Shown here: positions 53,617 through 63,674 of the stretch, one piece after another | Position numbering within the stretch: the first letter of the stretch is position 1 | How the letters are laid out: every line of letters starts with the position of its first letter | Assembly: GCA_003510435.1 (NCBI GenBank) | Contig: DOMK01000013.1 | Location: 12,135 to 76,134, forward strand | Direction of reading: 5' to 3' | Source: Candidatus Magasanikiibacteriota bacterium | GTDB taxonomy: Bacteria > Patescibacteriota > Patescibacteriia > Magasanikbacterales > UBA922 | DNA length: 64,000 nucleotides | The notes under the pieces: model-generated | What the model was told of the DNA's origin: nothing | The model's input: the letters and a program-made list of their open reading frames with translations, nothing else | Databases searched by the model: none | Position numbers and translations under genes: made by a program

Positions 53617-54162
53617 TTATTTATCTCTAAATGGGAAACCAATCATCTTCAATAAAGCCAAACCTTGTTCTTTATTCTTGGCAGAAGTAGTAATAACTAC
53701 TTGTAAACCATGAATTTTATTGACAGCATCACTCTTTACTTCGGCAAATGGTAGTTGTTCTTTAAAACCAATACTGTAATTACCTTGTTTATCAAATGAT
53801 TTTGGACTAATACCACGGAAATCTTTTACCCGAGGTAAAACTATATTAGCCATTTTATCCAAAAAGTCATACATTCTCTTGCCATGTAAAGTAACTGACA
53901 CGCCAATTTCATTGCCTTCACGAATCTTAAAATTGGAAATAGACTTGGTAGTCTTGTTGTGAACTGGCTTTTGACCAGTAATCACTGTCAATGTCTTGGT
54001 TACATTTTCTATATAAGCACCATCTTTTATAAAACGTCCATAACCAACATTTACGGTCACTTTTTTAATTTTTGGTACTTGCATGACATTTTTGAAACCA
54101 AACTCTGCCATCAGGGCTGGAACAACTTTTTCTTTATAAATTTTATTTAATCTTGATTCCAT
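53617..54162 (-). CDS. rplE: 50S ribosomal protein L5
   Basis: 181 aa. Operon position and L5 signature. Confidence 0.9.
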   Translation of the reverse strand: MESRLNKIYKEKVVPALMAEFGFKNVMQVPKIKKVTVNVGYGRFIKDGAYIENVTKTLTVITGQKPVHNKTTKSISNFKIREGNEIGVSVTLHGKRMYDFLDKMANIVLPRVKDFRGISPKSFDKQGNYSIGFKEQLPFAEVKSDAVNKIHGLQVVITTSAKNKEQGLALLKMIGFPFRDK

Positions 54163-54242
54163 ATTTTATTCACTTTTTAGCACTTTAGCACTTTAGCACT
54201 TAAAACATTTTTTTGCTTAGGTGCTTGAGTGTTCAAGTGTTT

Positions 54243-54563
54243 TTATTCTATATATTCACCACTAACTTTAGCAACACGTTTTTTTTCATTACCTTCCTGC
54301 TTGTAACCAACTCTAGTCGCCTTACCTGATTTTGGATCCAACAACATTACATTGCTGATACTAATTGGCGCTGGTAATTCGATTATTTGTCCTTTTTCAC
54401 CTTGTTTTCTAGTTCGCATGTGTTTCTTTAAAATATTCACATCTTCAATAACCACAAATAATTTTTGACTAGATTTATTTTTTAAAACCTGAATAACCTT
54501 GCCAGTCTTTCCACTGTCTTTTCCTTTTATAACTTTTACTTTGTCACCGGTTTTAATTTTCAT
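54243..54563 (-). CDS. rplX: 50S ribosomal protein L24
   Basis: 106 aa with a KOW motif ([20 protein letters not shown]). Confidence 0.9.
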   Translation of the reverse strand: MKIKTGDKVKVIKGKDSGKTGKVIQVLKNKSSQKLFVVIEDVNILKKHMRTRKQGEKGQIIELPAPISISNVMLLDPKSGKATRVGYKQEGNEKKRVAKVSGEYIE

Positions 54564-54661
54564 AACATTGATTTCACTGATTTATTATATTTGATTACAC
54601 TGATTTGGAGGATGTCTTTTATATCTGTGAAATCCATTTCCAAATCTGTGCAATCAATGTT
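54564..54661. repeat. TIR-bounded spacer element, copy F, between rplN and rplX
   Basis: acattgatttcactgattt ... tgtgcaatcaatgtttta. Confidence 0.65.
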
Positions 54662-55033
54662 TTATAAGACTTCAGGCGCTAATGAAATAATTTTTTGGAA
54701 ACCTTTGGTTCTAAGCTCTCTAGCGACTGGTCCAAAAATACGTGTTCCTTTTGGTTCTTTACTTTTTTTGTCAATAATTACAGCGGCGTTATTATCAAAA
54801 CGGATATATGTACCATCCTTACGACGCATTTCTTTTCTTTGACGAACAATCACAGCATGAACAACATCACCTTTCTTTATGGCGGCACGTGGAGCAGCTT
54901 CTTTGACAGCACAAGTAATTACATCACCAAGGAAGGAATAACGTTTTTTATACCCACCCAAGACACGAATACATTGTAATTTTTTTGCGCCAGAATTGTC
55001 TGCCACTTCTAACATTGATCTATGCTGGATCAT
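54662..55033 (-). CDS. rplN: 50S ribosomal protein L14
   Basis: 123 aa starting [18 protein letters not shown]. Confidence 0.9.
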   Translation of the reverse strand: MIQHRSMLEVADNSGAKKLQCIRVLGGYKKRYSFLGDVITCAVKEAAPRAAIKKGDVVHAVIVRQRKEMRRKDGTYIRFDNNAAVIIDKKSKEPKGTRIFGPVARELRTKGFQKIISLAPEVL

Positions 55034-55056
55034 ACTTTAATAATTTATATATATAT

Positions 55057-55323
55057 TTAATTGGCAATTTTTATTAAACGCCATTTTTTGGTCTTGCTAA
55101 AAGGACGACACTCTTCAAAAATTACTTTATCACCAACTTTAGCAGTATTATTTTCATCATGCACGGCATATTTCTTACTAGACATATACTGTTTTCTGTA
55201 TTTGGCATGCATTTTTTTAATTTTTACCAAAACATGAATTGTCTTATTTTCTACAGTACTCAAGACCTCGCCTTCAAAACGACGGTGAATTACAACTTTT
55301 GTTTTATTAGCTTCATTTGTCAT
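55057..55323 (-). CDS. rpsQ: 30S ribosomal protein S17
   Basis: 88 aa with an OB fold. Operon position. Confidence 0.9.
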   Translation of the reverse strand: MTNEANKTKVVIHRRFEGEVLSTVENKTIHVLVKIKKMHAKYRKQYMSSKKYAVHDENNTAKVGDKVIFEECRPFSKTKKWRLIKIAN

Positions 55324-55325
55324 AT

Positions 55326-55517
55326 TTACTTCTTATTTTTAGCATTTAACAAAGTCAAAATTTGAGCAACTATTTTTTTATTATTACGAATTTCTCTTAC
55401 TTTTTTTAGCTGATTCTCACTAGCTTTAAAACGTAACTCACGAACTTCTTCTCTCTTTTCTGATAATAGATCTTGAAGTTCTTTTATACTTTTATTTTTT
55501 AAGTCCTTAAAATCCAT
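55326..55517 (-). CDS. rpmC: 50S ribosomal protein L29
   Basis: 63 aa, helical. Operon position. Confidence 0.85.
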   Translation of the reverse strand: MDFKDLKNKSIKELQDLLSEKREEVRELRFKASENQLKKVREIRNNKKIVAQILTLLNAKNKK

Positions 55518-55626
55518 ACAACATTGATTTAACTGATTTATATTGATTTCACAGATTACTTACGTATTTTTTGATTATCAATTCGTATTCAGTGTAATCT
55601 ATTTTCTTAATCTGCGCAATCAATGT
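55518..55626. repeat. TIR-bounded spacer element, copy G, between rplP and rpmC
   Basis: acattgatttaactgattt ... atctgcgcaatcaatgttt. Confidence 0.65.
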
Positions 55627-56040
55627 TTAGTCCTTTTTAATAAATTTAACTTTGGTTGGTAATTTATAACCACTCAAGAGTAAAGCTGTTCTAGCTTCGC
55701 TTTCCAAAATACCATCCATTTCCATCATTACTGTACCTGGTTTGATAGTACAAACATAATGATCCGGTGCACCTTTACCTCCACCCATTGGAACTTCGCT
55801 ACCTTTTTTTGTTACTGGTCTATCAGGAAAAATTCTAATCCAGATCTTACCACCACGACGAACATAACGAGTCAGTACACGACGAGCTGCTTCAATTTGA
55901 CGAGAGGTCACCCAAGCATGATCAAGAGCAACAATACCAAAAGCGCCAAAAGCTAAAGTGTTTATACGGCTGGCCACTCCTCTATTCTTATGACGTGGCT
56001 TGTGCCATTTTCTATGTTTTACTTTCTTGGGTAACAGCAT
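55627..56040 (-). CDS. rplP: 50S ribosomal protein L16
   Basis: 137 aa starting [14 protein letters not shown]. Confidence 0.9.
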   Translation of the reverse strand: MLLPKKVKHRKWHKPRHKNRGVASRINTLAFGAFGIVALDHAWVTSRQIEAARRVLTRYVRRGGKIWIRIFPDRPVTKKGSEVPMGGGKGAPDHYVCTIKPGTVMMEMDGILESEARTALLLSGYKLPTKVKFIKKD

Positions 56041-56077
56041 ACCTTTTATAAAATTTCTTATGTATAATTTTCAAAAT

Positions 56078-56773
56078 TTAATCCTTTTTTATTTCTTTTT
56101 TGGTATCAGTATCACTGGTTTCAGTAAACTTATCTTTTCTACCAAATATTTCACCATGACAAATCCAGACTTTTACACCAATTTTACCATAGATTGTATC
56201 AGCTTCTACCAAGGCGTAATCAACATCACTTCTTAGGGTAATTAACGGCACTGTTCCAGCGGCTAATTTTTCGGTTCTAGCAATTTCTACCCCATTCAAT
56301 CTTCCAGCCATACAAATTTTTACTCCTTTGGCGCCAGCTTTCATTACTCTCTCAATCGTTTGCTTCATGATACGACGGAAAGGAATACGTTTCTCCACGT
56401 CAGCGGCACAAGTCTGGGCAACAATGGAAGCTGATAAAGCTGGAGATTTCACTTCTTTGATATTCAATTTAACTTTGAGTGACATTTGTAAAAATTTTCT
56501 TTCAATTTCTTTTCGTAAATCATCCAAAGACTTACCACCACGACCGATTATAAAACCTGGCTTACCAGCAAATACTGTAACGGTCATATTCTTTGGTCCA
56601 CGTTCTACACCAATTGAATCAATATGGGCATCTTTAAATTTTTTTGTCAAAAATTCACGAATACTAATATCCTGTTCTGCCATTTTTGGATAATTGTTTT
56701 TTCCAAACCACTTTGAATCCCAAGTATAAATAACTTGTGTTCTATGTGCTCTTGGATGTACTTTATGACCCAT
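56078..56773 (-). CDS. rpsC: 30S ribosomal protein S3
   Basis: 231 aa with a KH domain, plus a C-terminal extension. Confidence 0.9.
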   Translation of the reverse strand: MGHKVHPRAHRTQVIYTWDSKWFGKNNYPKMAEQDISIREFLTKKFKDAHIDSIGVERGPKNMTVTVFAGKPGFIIGRGGKSLDDLRKEIERKFLQMSLKVKLNIKEVKSPALSASIVAQTCAADVEKRIPFRRIMKQTIERVMKAGAKGVKICMAGRLNGVEIARTEKLAAGTVPLITLRSDVDYALVEADTIYGKIGVKVWICHGEIFGRKDKFTETSDTDTKKEIKKD

Positions 56774-56799
56774 ATAAATTAATTTCCAATTAACTAAAA

Positions 56800-57252
56800 T
56801 TACTTATTTTCTGTTTTTTTATCAACTTTTTCTTCATTCTTTACAGCCTTGTCTTCTTTTTTATCTTCTTTAGCAACTTTTTTATTTTCTTTCTTTACTT
56901 TTTTACCCTCATTAGCTTCCCCTTCCAAAACAACTGTCACATGAGAACCACGCTTTTTTAGTGGTGAAGCTGAACCCATAGCTCTTGGCATCCAACGATG
57001 TAAGGCTGGAGCTTCGTCTACAAAAGCAGTCTTAACAACCAAAGTTTCTTCTTTTAAATTATTATTTTCTCTAGCATTGGCCACAGCAGACAACAAAAGC
57101 TTCAAAACTGGACGAGAAGCATGCTTTTGATTATTTTCCAATTGGGAAACAGCTTCATCCACTTTTAAACCACGAATAAGACCAATAAGCAAACGAACTT
57201 TTCGTGGGCTCATTCTCAAATGTCTTAATTTTGCTGTGACTTGCTCTTTCAT
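56800..57252 (-). CDS. rplV: 50S ribosomal protein L22 (with a K/E-rich C-terminal tail)
   Basis: 150 aa. L22 core plus about 40 lysine/glutamate-rich residues. Confidence 0.9.
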   Translation of the reverse strand: MKEQVTAKLRHLRMSPRKVRLLIGLIRGLKVDEAVSQLENNQKHASRPVLKLLLSAVANARENNNLKEETLVVKTAFVDEAPALHRWMPRAMGSASPLKKRGSHVTVVLEGEANEGKKVKKENKKVAKEDKKEDKAVKNEEKVDKKTENK

Positions 57253-57258
57253 ATATTA

Positions 57259-57555
57259 TTATTCAGATTTCTTTTGTTCTTTGGCCATTTTTCCACCATG
57301 ACCAAGGAATTTTCTAGTTGGAGAAAATTCTCCCAACTTATGTCCAACCATATTCTCTTCTACAAAGACATTGATAAAATCTTTTCCATTGTGGACTAAA
57401 AAAGTCAAACCAATAAATTCTGGTGCAATTGTACAGGCTCGTGCCCAAGTCTTGATTGGTGTATTGTCTTTTGTTTCTCTGGCCTTGACTGCTTTTTTCA
57501 TCAATTTTTCATCAATATAAGGCCCTTTTTTTAAACTTCTTGACATAGTCCACAA
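57259..57555 (-). CDS. rpsS: 30S ribosomal protein S19
   Basis: Starts [12 protein letters not shown] (a 3-codon upstream extension appears in the table). Confidence 0.9.
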   Translation of the reverse strand: MWTMSRSLKKGPYIDEKLMKKAVKARETKDNTPIKTWARACTIAPEFIGLTFLVHNGKDFINVFVEENMVGHKLGEFSPTRKFLGHGGKMAKEQKKSE

Positions 57556-57615
57556 AAATTATTTTCTTTTTTAGTTATATAATCGTTTTTTTAATTTACT
57601 ATTTTATTATAAAGT

Positions 57616-58458
57616 TTATTTGCTTTTCTTTCGTCTCTGTACAATAAACTTATTACTCCATTTACTTCTCTTTCTTGTCTTAACACCCAAAGCTTTCTTG
57701 CCCCATGGAGTTTTTGGACCACCACGTAAACCGATCGGACTGTGGCCCTCTCCACCACCATGTGGGTGATCAATTGGGTTCATATTCTTACCTTTTACGA
57801 TTGGTCTCCAACCAAGCATTCTTCTGCGACCGGCCTTACCCCATCTTACCAAAGATTTGTCTTGATTGCTAATTGTTCCAACAGTCGCAGCACACTCTTT
57901 CTTTATCATTCGCACTTCTCCAGAAGGCAATTTCAATTGAGCATATTTACCTTCCATAACTTGTAATTGAGCACAATTACCAGCTCCTCTTACCAATTGT
58001 CCACCTTTGCCAGGAGTCATTTCTACATTGTAAACAAATAAACCAATTGGGATAAATTCTAATGGCATTCTGTTGCCAACTTTGGCTTCAATTTTATTCT
58101 TACTAGACATTACTTTATCACCAACTGTAATTCCTTTTGGAGCAATAAAGTAAGCTTTTTCACCACCAGTATATTCTACAAGCATAATCCGAGCGCCACG
58201 ATTTGGATCATATTCAATCGTCTTTACTTCGGCTTCAATATCAAATTTAGTACATTTAAAATCAACAACTCTATAAAGTCTCTTTACCCCACCACCACGA
58301 TGGCGGACGGTAATCTTACCAGTATTATTTCTTCCGGAATGTTTTTTAAGAGTCGTCACCAAAGATTTTTCTGGTACAATATTTGTTATATCAGAAAAAT
58401 CCTGCACGCTTGATTTGCGTCTACCTGGTGTAGTTGGTTTGTAGACTTTAATTCCCAT
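57616..58458 (-). CDS. rplB: 50S ribosomal protein L2
   Basis: 280 aa starting [14 protein letters not shown]. Confidence 0.9.
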   Translation of the reverse strand: MGIKVYKPTTPGRRKSSVQDFSDITNIVPEKSLVTTLKKHSGRNNTGKITVRHRGGGVKRLYRVVDFKCTKFDIEAEVKTIEYDPNRGARIMLVEYTGGEKAYFIAPKGITVGDKVMSSKNKIEAKVGNRMPLEFIPIGLFVYNVEMTPGKGGQLVRGAGNCAQLQVMEGKYAQLKLPSGEVRMIKKECAATVGTISNQDKSLVRWGKAGRRRMLGWRPIVKGKNMNPIDHPHGGGEGHSPIGLRGGPKTPWGKKALGVKTRKRSKWSNKFIVQRRKKSK

Positions 58459-58565
58459 ATTTTATAACACAGATTTCACAGATTATTTAGAATGATTCCA
58501 CAGATTTGATAGATTTGGCTCGTTTACATTCAGTGAAATCTATTTTAATCCGTGTAATCAATGTT
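58459..58565. repeat. spacer element, copy H, between rplW and rplB (cacagattt words plus the right terminus gtaatcaatgtttt)
   Basis: Shares the right TIR and the word structure with copies A-G. Confidence 0.55.
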
Positions 58566-59024
58566 TTAAACCCCTTCATGGACATTGACTGTCTCACCTT
58601 TTGCCAAGGTGACAATCGCTTTTTTCCAATCACTGGTTCTACCTTTTTTTCCTCTGGTATTTTTAGCTTTACCTTCTCGATTCATTATTCTTACTTTTAG
58701 TACCTTTACATTATAAATTTGTTTTATAATATTTCTTACATCCACTTTGGTCGCAGCTTTTTCTACAGAAAAAGTATAAGAATTATGACTTTCAGCAATC
58801 GCAGCTTTTTCACTTATCACAGAAGAAAGTAAAACCTTATAAGCCTGTCCATTTATTTTTTTTGTTAAATCACTTTTTTTAACTTTGTTTACTGTTTCAG
58901 TAGCATTATTATCAACTACAGCCTCAACTTTTTTCTCAACCTTAACTTTAGCAGTCGCTTGTTTAGGAGCAACGGCTTTGGCTTCAGCAGTACTTTTCTT
59001 TTTAAATTTATCTAATAAACCCAT
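58566..59024 (-). CDS. rplW: 50S ribosomal protein L23 (with a K/A-rich N-terminal extension)
   Basis: 152 aa. The L23 core lies in the C-terminal 95 aa. Confidence 0.85.
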   Translation of the reverse strand: MGLLDKFKKKSTAEAKAVAPKQATAKVKVEKKVEAVVDNNATETVNKVKKSDLTKKINGQAYKVLLSSVISEKAAIAESHNSYTFSVEKAATKVDVRNIIKQIYNVKVLKVRIMNREGKAKNTRGKKGRTSDWKKAIVTLAKGETVNVHEGV

Positions 59025-59025
59025 A

Positions 59026-59655
59026 TTATTTTGCTAATCTTTTTTCTAACTGTTCAATACCTTTTTTTGTAGTAATAACAAATTGGTGATGTAATAAATC
59101 TACGACATTTACATCCTTAGCCTGTTGCATATCAAATCTCTTGATATTTCTAGTAGCCAAATTCACTTTTTCATCATTTACATGAGCTAACAATAAGGTG
59201 GTTTTACCAAATCCTGGTAAACTCTTGCGCAACTTGGACATACCACTGGTTTTACCATCACTTTGTAAATCTTCTAACACTACCAACAAACCATTTTTTG
59301 CCTTGTCAGTCAAACACATCCGCACAGCAGTTTGGTTCATTTTTTTATTAATTTTTTGTTTATAATTTCTTACGTTAAGAGGTCCGAATGTCACACCACC
59401 GCCCACCCACAATGGTGAACGAATAGAACCATGACGAGCGCGACCAGTCCCTTTTTGTTTCCATGGCTTTCTACCACCACCGCGCACTTCACCTTTATTT
59501 TTGGTGTGAGCCCAAGGTTCTCTGGCATTGGCCATAATAGCATTGTAAACTTGGTACAAAACAGAAGATTTAGCTTTGACACCAAAAACTTTGTCATTCA
59601 ATTCCAAATCACCCACTTCTTTACCTTCTTGATTGTACAATTTAACTTTTGCCAT
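59026..59655 (-). CDS. rplD: 50S ribosomal protein L4
   Basis: 209 aa. Operon position and L4 signature. Confidence 0.9.
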   Translation of the reverse strand: MAKVKLYNQEGKEVGDLELNDKVFGVKAKSSVLYQVYNAIMANAREPWAHTKNKGEVRGGGRKPWKQKGTGRARHGSIRSPLWVGGGVTFGPLNVRNYKQKINKKMNQTAVRMCLTDKAKNGLLVVLEDLQSDGKTSGMSKLRKSLPGFGKTTLLLAHVNDEKVNLATRNIKRFDMQQAKDVNVVDLLHHQFVITTKKGIEQLEKRLAK

Positions 59656-59657
59656 AC

Positions 59658-60437
59658 TTATTTAGTTTCTTCTACTTTAATTTCTTCTGCAACAGCAACC
59701 TCGGCTGGAGCTGAATCAACGGCTGTTTTTTCTTCAGAAGCATTTTCCACAACTTCAACAACTTCTGGCTTTACTTCTTCTTTTTTATTATTAATAATTG
59801 TCACTTCACCCGCATCAGTTGAAATCAACAAAAGTCCACCGCGTGCGCCAGGAACAGCCCCTTTAATCAAAATTTCATTTAAATCTGAATCAATTTTCAT
59901 TATTTCTAAATTTTTAACTGTCACTTGATCATCACCCATATGTCCGCCCATTCTCTTACCTTTAAAAACTCTTTGAGGACCAGTAGCACCAATACTACCA
60001 GGCATGCGTAATTGATCTTTGTTACCATGTGAAGCATGACCACCATGAAAACCATGTCTCTTGACTACACCTTGGAAACCTCTTCCTTTGGAAGTACCAA
60101 TCACTTTTACCTTTTCACCCAAAGAAAAACTGCTGGCATCAAAAACATCACCACGATTAAATTCTACACCTTCGCCAGTTTTGAATTCGCGTAAAAAACG
60201 CACAGTCAAACCATTATCATTATTAACACTAATATTATTCAAATGTCCGGCTTTGGCCTTATTCAAACGAAATTTCTTTTGGACACCAAAACCAATTTGA
60301 ATGGCATTAACATTTTTTTCTTTTCTTACTTGGGTTATAACACATGGTCCTACCTGAATTCGGGTAACAGGAACAACAGTGCCATCCTCTCGGAAAACCT
60401 GTGTCATATTTTGCTTTGTACCTAATATAAATTTCAT
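59658..60437 (-). CDS. rplC: 50S ribosomal protein L3 (with an acidic C-terminal extension)
   Basis: 259 aa. L3 core plus about 45 E/V/A-rich residues. Confidence 0.9.
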   Translation of the reverse strand: MKFILGTKQNMTQVFREDGTVVPVTRIQVGPCVITQVRKEKNVNAIQIGFGVQKKFRLNKAKAGHLNNISVNNDNGLTVRFLREFKTGEGVEFNRGDVFDASSFSLGEKVKVIGTSKGRGFQGVVKRHGFHGGHASHGNKDQLRMPGSIGATGPQRVFKGKRMGGHMGDDQVTVKNLEIMKIDSDLNEILIKGAVPGARGGLLLISTDAGEVTIINNKKEEVKPEVVEVVENASEEKTAVDSAPAEVAVAEEIKVEETK

Positions 60438-60990
60438 ATCTATTTTGGTAACAAAAAACTAGAAGTGATATCTCAAAACAAGATTTAAAATATCGCTTCT
60501 AGCCTTTATAAAAAAATGATTATATTGGCTTGTAAATTATAATTTTTAATATTCACCTCACTGTACACCATTTGCCTTCTTGCAGATGTTTTCTTTCTTG
60601 AAAGTTCACGGAAAATTATTTTACAATTATAATCCGTAACCCTTAGTAAAATCCGTAATCATAGATCTTATCTGCTCGAATTTTTGGTGTTGTTCCTAAT
60701 ACTTTAGGAAGTGGCCATATTTTACCTCAAAACAAAAACAATGTCAAGGGGTTTTATACAACCGTTATCCACATGTAAATATGATTTACAAGATTCAAAC
60801 CCCTAACCAAATTTTATGACAAAACCATTGTCAAATTGTCTCATTGACACATTGTTATTGCTACACATATATAACAACTTTTCAAAAAAACAATGGCAAC
60901 AATTTAACAATGTGACAATAATATTTAAAAGGCATTAACCAAATATCTACACAAAATATTTTTTTATCTCAAAAAACCTACTTTTTTACC

Positions 60991-61425
60991 TTAATTCATT
61001 TTAATTTCTATATCCACACCAGCTGGCAAACTCAAATTCATAAGAGCATCAATCGCTTTTGGGGTTGGATTTAAGATATCAATCAAACGTTTGTGAGTAC
61101 GCATTTCAAACTGTTCCGAAGATGTCTTGTGTACAAAAGTAGAACGATTGACAGAAAACTTATTCTTCTCAGTTGGCAATGGTACTGGACCTACGACTTT
61201 GGCGCCATTTCTCTCAGCCGTGTCAATAATTGTCTTAGCAGCTTGATCAATAATCTTACTATCATAAGCTCTAATTTTGATTCTAACTTTTGGGCCAGCA
61301 GTTTGAGCAATATCAGCTGTTTTATCGGCTACTTTGTCTGTTGTCTTGTCAGTTGTTTTGTTTATTGTTGTCATAAAATATTTAAAAGAACAAAGGGAGA
61401 GGACACTTGTCTGTCCCCTCCCCAT
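60991..61425 (-). CDS. rpsJ: 30S ribosomal protein S10 (with an N-terminal TDKTTDK repeat extension)
   Basis: The S10 core ([19 protein letters not shown]...THKRLIDI) is preceded by about 25 extra residues. The true start is probably MTTINK. Confidence 0.85.
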   Translation of the reverse strand: MGRGQTSVLSLCSFKYFMTTINKTTDKTTDKVADKTADIAQTAGPKVRIKIRAYDSKIIDQAAKTIIDTAERNGAKVVGPVPLPTEKNKFSVNRSTFVHKTSSEQFEMRTHKRLIDILNPTPKAIDALMNLSLPAGVDIEIKMN

Positions 61426-61433
61426 TATTAAAG

Positions 61434-62621
61434 TTAGTTGATAATCTTGGTTACAACACCAGAAGCGACTGTTCTACCACCCTCGCGGATAGCAAAACGG
61501 ACTTTTTCTTCCATGGCAACTGGTACGATAAGCTTAATTTTTAGATTAAGAGTATCACCAGGCATTACCATTTCAGTACCTTCTGGCAAAGTGACTTCAC
61601 CAGTCACATCGGTAGTACGGATATAAAATTGTGGCTTATAACCATTGAAAAATGGTTTATGACGGCCACCTTCTTCTTTGGTAAGAGTATAAACTTCAGC
61701 TTCAAACTCTGTATGAGGAGTAATCGAACCAGTTTTAGCCAAAACCATACCACGTTCAACATCTTCTTTCTTTGTACCACGAAGCAAAATACCAGCATTG
61801 TCACCAGCCTCACCTTGGTTAAGAGATTTGTTAAACATTTCTACGCCTGTAACGGTAGTTTTGCTAGTTTCTGGTCTAATACCAACGATTTGAACCTCGT
61901 CACCAATCTTGACAATACCTCTTTCAATACGACCAGTTACTACAGTACCACGGCCTTCAATTGAGAAAACGTCTTCAATTGGCATCAAGAAATCCTTGTC
62001 CAAATCACGTTGTGGCTGAGGAATGTATTCATCCAAAGTGTTCAAAAGTTTCATAATGGCTTCACTGTATTCACCATTTGGATCTTCTAGAGCTTTTAGA
62101 GCTGAACCACGGATAATTGGAGTAGTATCTCCAGGGAAATCATATTTCTTTAGTAAATCTTTGATTTCTTCTTCTACCAAGTCAATCAATTCTGGATCTG
62201 TCACTTGGTCAACCTTATTTAAGAAAACAATGATATAAGGCACACCTACCTGGCGAGCCAACAAGATGTGTTCGCGAGTCTGAGGCATAGGACCATCAGC
62301 AGCAGACACTACCAAAATAGCACCGTCCATTTGAGCAGCACCAGTAATCATGTTCTTGACATAATCAGCATGGCCTGGACAATCAACGTGAGCATAGTGA
62401 CGTTTTTCGGTTGCATACTCCACATGAGCTGTGGCAATAGTAATACCACGAGCTTTTTCTTCTGGAGCAGAATCGATTTCGTCAACGCTTTTGGTTTGAG
62501 CGATCAAACCTCTAGCTGCAGCTACCTTCAAAATAGCAGCTGTAAGTGTAGTTTTACCATGATCAACGTGACCAATAGTACCTACGTTTAAGTGTGGCTT
62601 GGACCTATCAAAGTCTACCAT
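61434..62621 (-). CDS. tuf: elongation factor Tu
   Basis: 395 aa with [17 protein letters not shown] and NKVD motifs. Confidence 0.95.
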   Translation of the reverse strand: MVDFDRSKPHLNVGTIGHVDHGKTTLTAAILKVAAARGLIAQTKSVDEIDSAPEEKARGITIATAHVEYATEKRHYAHVDCPGHADYVKNMITGAAQMDGAILVVSAADGPMPQTREHILLARQVGVPYIIVFLNKVDQVTDPELIDLVEEEIKDLLKKYDFPGDTTPIIRGSALKALEDPNGEYSEAIMKLLNTLDEYIPQPQRDLDKDFLMPIEDVFSIEGRGTVVTGRIERGIVKIGDEVQIVGIRPETSKTTVTGVEMFNKSLNQGEAGDNAGILLRGTKKEDVERGMVLAKTGSITPHTEFEAEVYTLTKEEGGRHKPFFNGYKPQFYIRTTDVTGEVTLPEGTEMVMPGDTLNLKIKLIVPVAMEEKVRFAIREGGRTVASGVVTKIIN

Positions 62622-62750
62622 ACTTCTAAAATTTACCGCACTGTCTCCGAGTGGTCAGGACAGATTTTTAATCCAGCGGACTTGATTATAATTTTAGGCT
62701 ATATTTAGCCAAATTTTTGATTAACAAAAATGCGTACTTTTACGCGTGAT

Positions 62751-62780
62751 AATTATATACAAATCTTAAGTATAAGTCAA
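62751..62780 (-). promoter_or_regulatory. near-consensus promoter TTGACT-N17-TATAAT upstream of tuf
   Basis: The minus strand reads cttgact tatacttaagatttgta tataat about 130 nt upstream of the tuf ATG. A small hairpin gcgta...tacgc lies near the start site. Confidence 0.5.
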
Positions 62781-62853
62781 GGGGATATGGTGGGGACAAA
62801 CCCTAATCCTGAGCGTAGTGAAGCGAAGCGAAACGGAGCCGAAGGATCCCCTT
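62779..62853. repeat. GC-rich element with 8-bp palindromic ends (aaggggat ... atcccctt)
   Basis: About 75 nt. Its right part (cgaaggatcccctttttct) resembles 26040-26075 (cgaaggtggggagggatcccttttct). Confidence 0.5.
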
Positions 62854-63062
62854 TTTCTCTGCACTAAAAAAGTCTTAAATTTCTAATATCTAATTTCTAA
62901 TTAACCTAATAAAATACCAAATAACAAAATCCAAATTCCAAATCAATTTTAAACTTAAGATTACTAAATTAATATCCACACCACTTACATTGACAACTCT
63001 CTCTCTCTGTTTGTTAGGATAAGATGTCGTGCATCGAACGCACGAAGATGAAGGAGGCAGAC

Positions 63063-63395
63063 ATGGCGATTGTCACCATCCGGTTGTACCGGAAAAATGG
63101 CAAAAGGGGGGTTGAGGTAATCAAAAAAAAGCATTACCCGCGCCTCCAACGGTCACTTACCCGCTACATGGCCTCGGTCGATGGAGAACACCTCGCCCGC
63201 TCATGGAACACAGCAGGGCTGGCCGAGGTAGACGGTGAATGGTTTGTCACCGTCGATGGAGATGGTAAGGCCAGCATGCCGGAAAAACTGAGAAGCCATC
63301 TCTGGATCTACTATGGCTTCAACAGGTTCCTAGCAAGGATCTACAAGGGCCTAACCAGTGACGATGAACACCTTCCCGCCTTTCGCCCCTCCTAG
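63063..63395 (+). CDS. GC-rich 110-aa hypothetical soluble protein (mini-cassette 4)
   Basis: MAIVTIRLYRKNGKRGVEVIKKKHYPRL.... RBS AAGGAGG 5 nt upstream. A TTGACA box lies at 62990-62995, with a weak -10 TAGGAT after a 19-nt spacer. Very GC-rich relative to its neighbours. An alternative upstream ATG at 63024 lacks an RBS. Confidence 0.45.
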   Translation: MAIVTIRLYRKNGKRGVEVIKKKHYPRLQRSLTRYMASVDGEHLARSWNTAGLAEVDGEWFVTVDGDGKASMPEKLRSHLWIYYGFNRFLARIYKGLTSDDEHLPAFRPS

Positions 63396-63654
63396 CGTTC
63401 GCTTCGCCCCGGTTCAGGGGCAACATGCCGGTTGCGCGTCAGCCGATGACCGAGAGGGAAAACCCTCCGGGTGTCGGAGGGTGTGAGCATGCGGACAATA
63501 CAACGAAAGAATCGTCCACCACAGCTAGATTTTCATTATTGAAAATTTAACTAAGGAGTTTGGGACGATTTTTTTGTTTACACAAGCAATCCTATCCCCT
63601 AACCCCTTTCCCCTACAAAAGGGCAAGGGGAATTAAAGCCCCTCCACTTTTTAA

Positions 63655-63674
63655 GGGGAGGGGTTGGGGTGGGG
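63655..63674 (+). other. canonical G-quadruplex-forming motif GGGGAGGGGTTGGGGTGGGG, with complementary C-tracts 60 nt upstream
   Basis: Four G4 tracts separated by 1-2 nt loops, directly seen. It is preceded by cccctaacccctttcccct and cccctcc tracts that can pair with it. Confidence 0.6.

Noticed and set aside
60438-60990. Protein-coding gene lost between rpsJ and rplC
   Set aside because: No ORF of 60 aa or more on either strand is in the table. The repeated-word composition suggests non-coding DNA.
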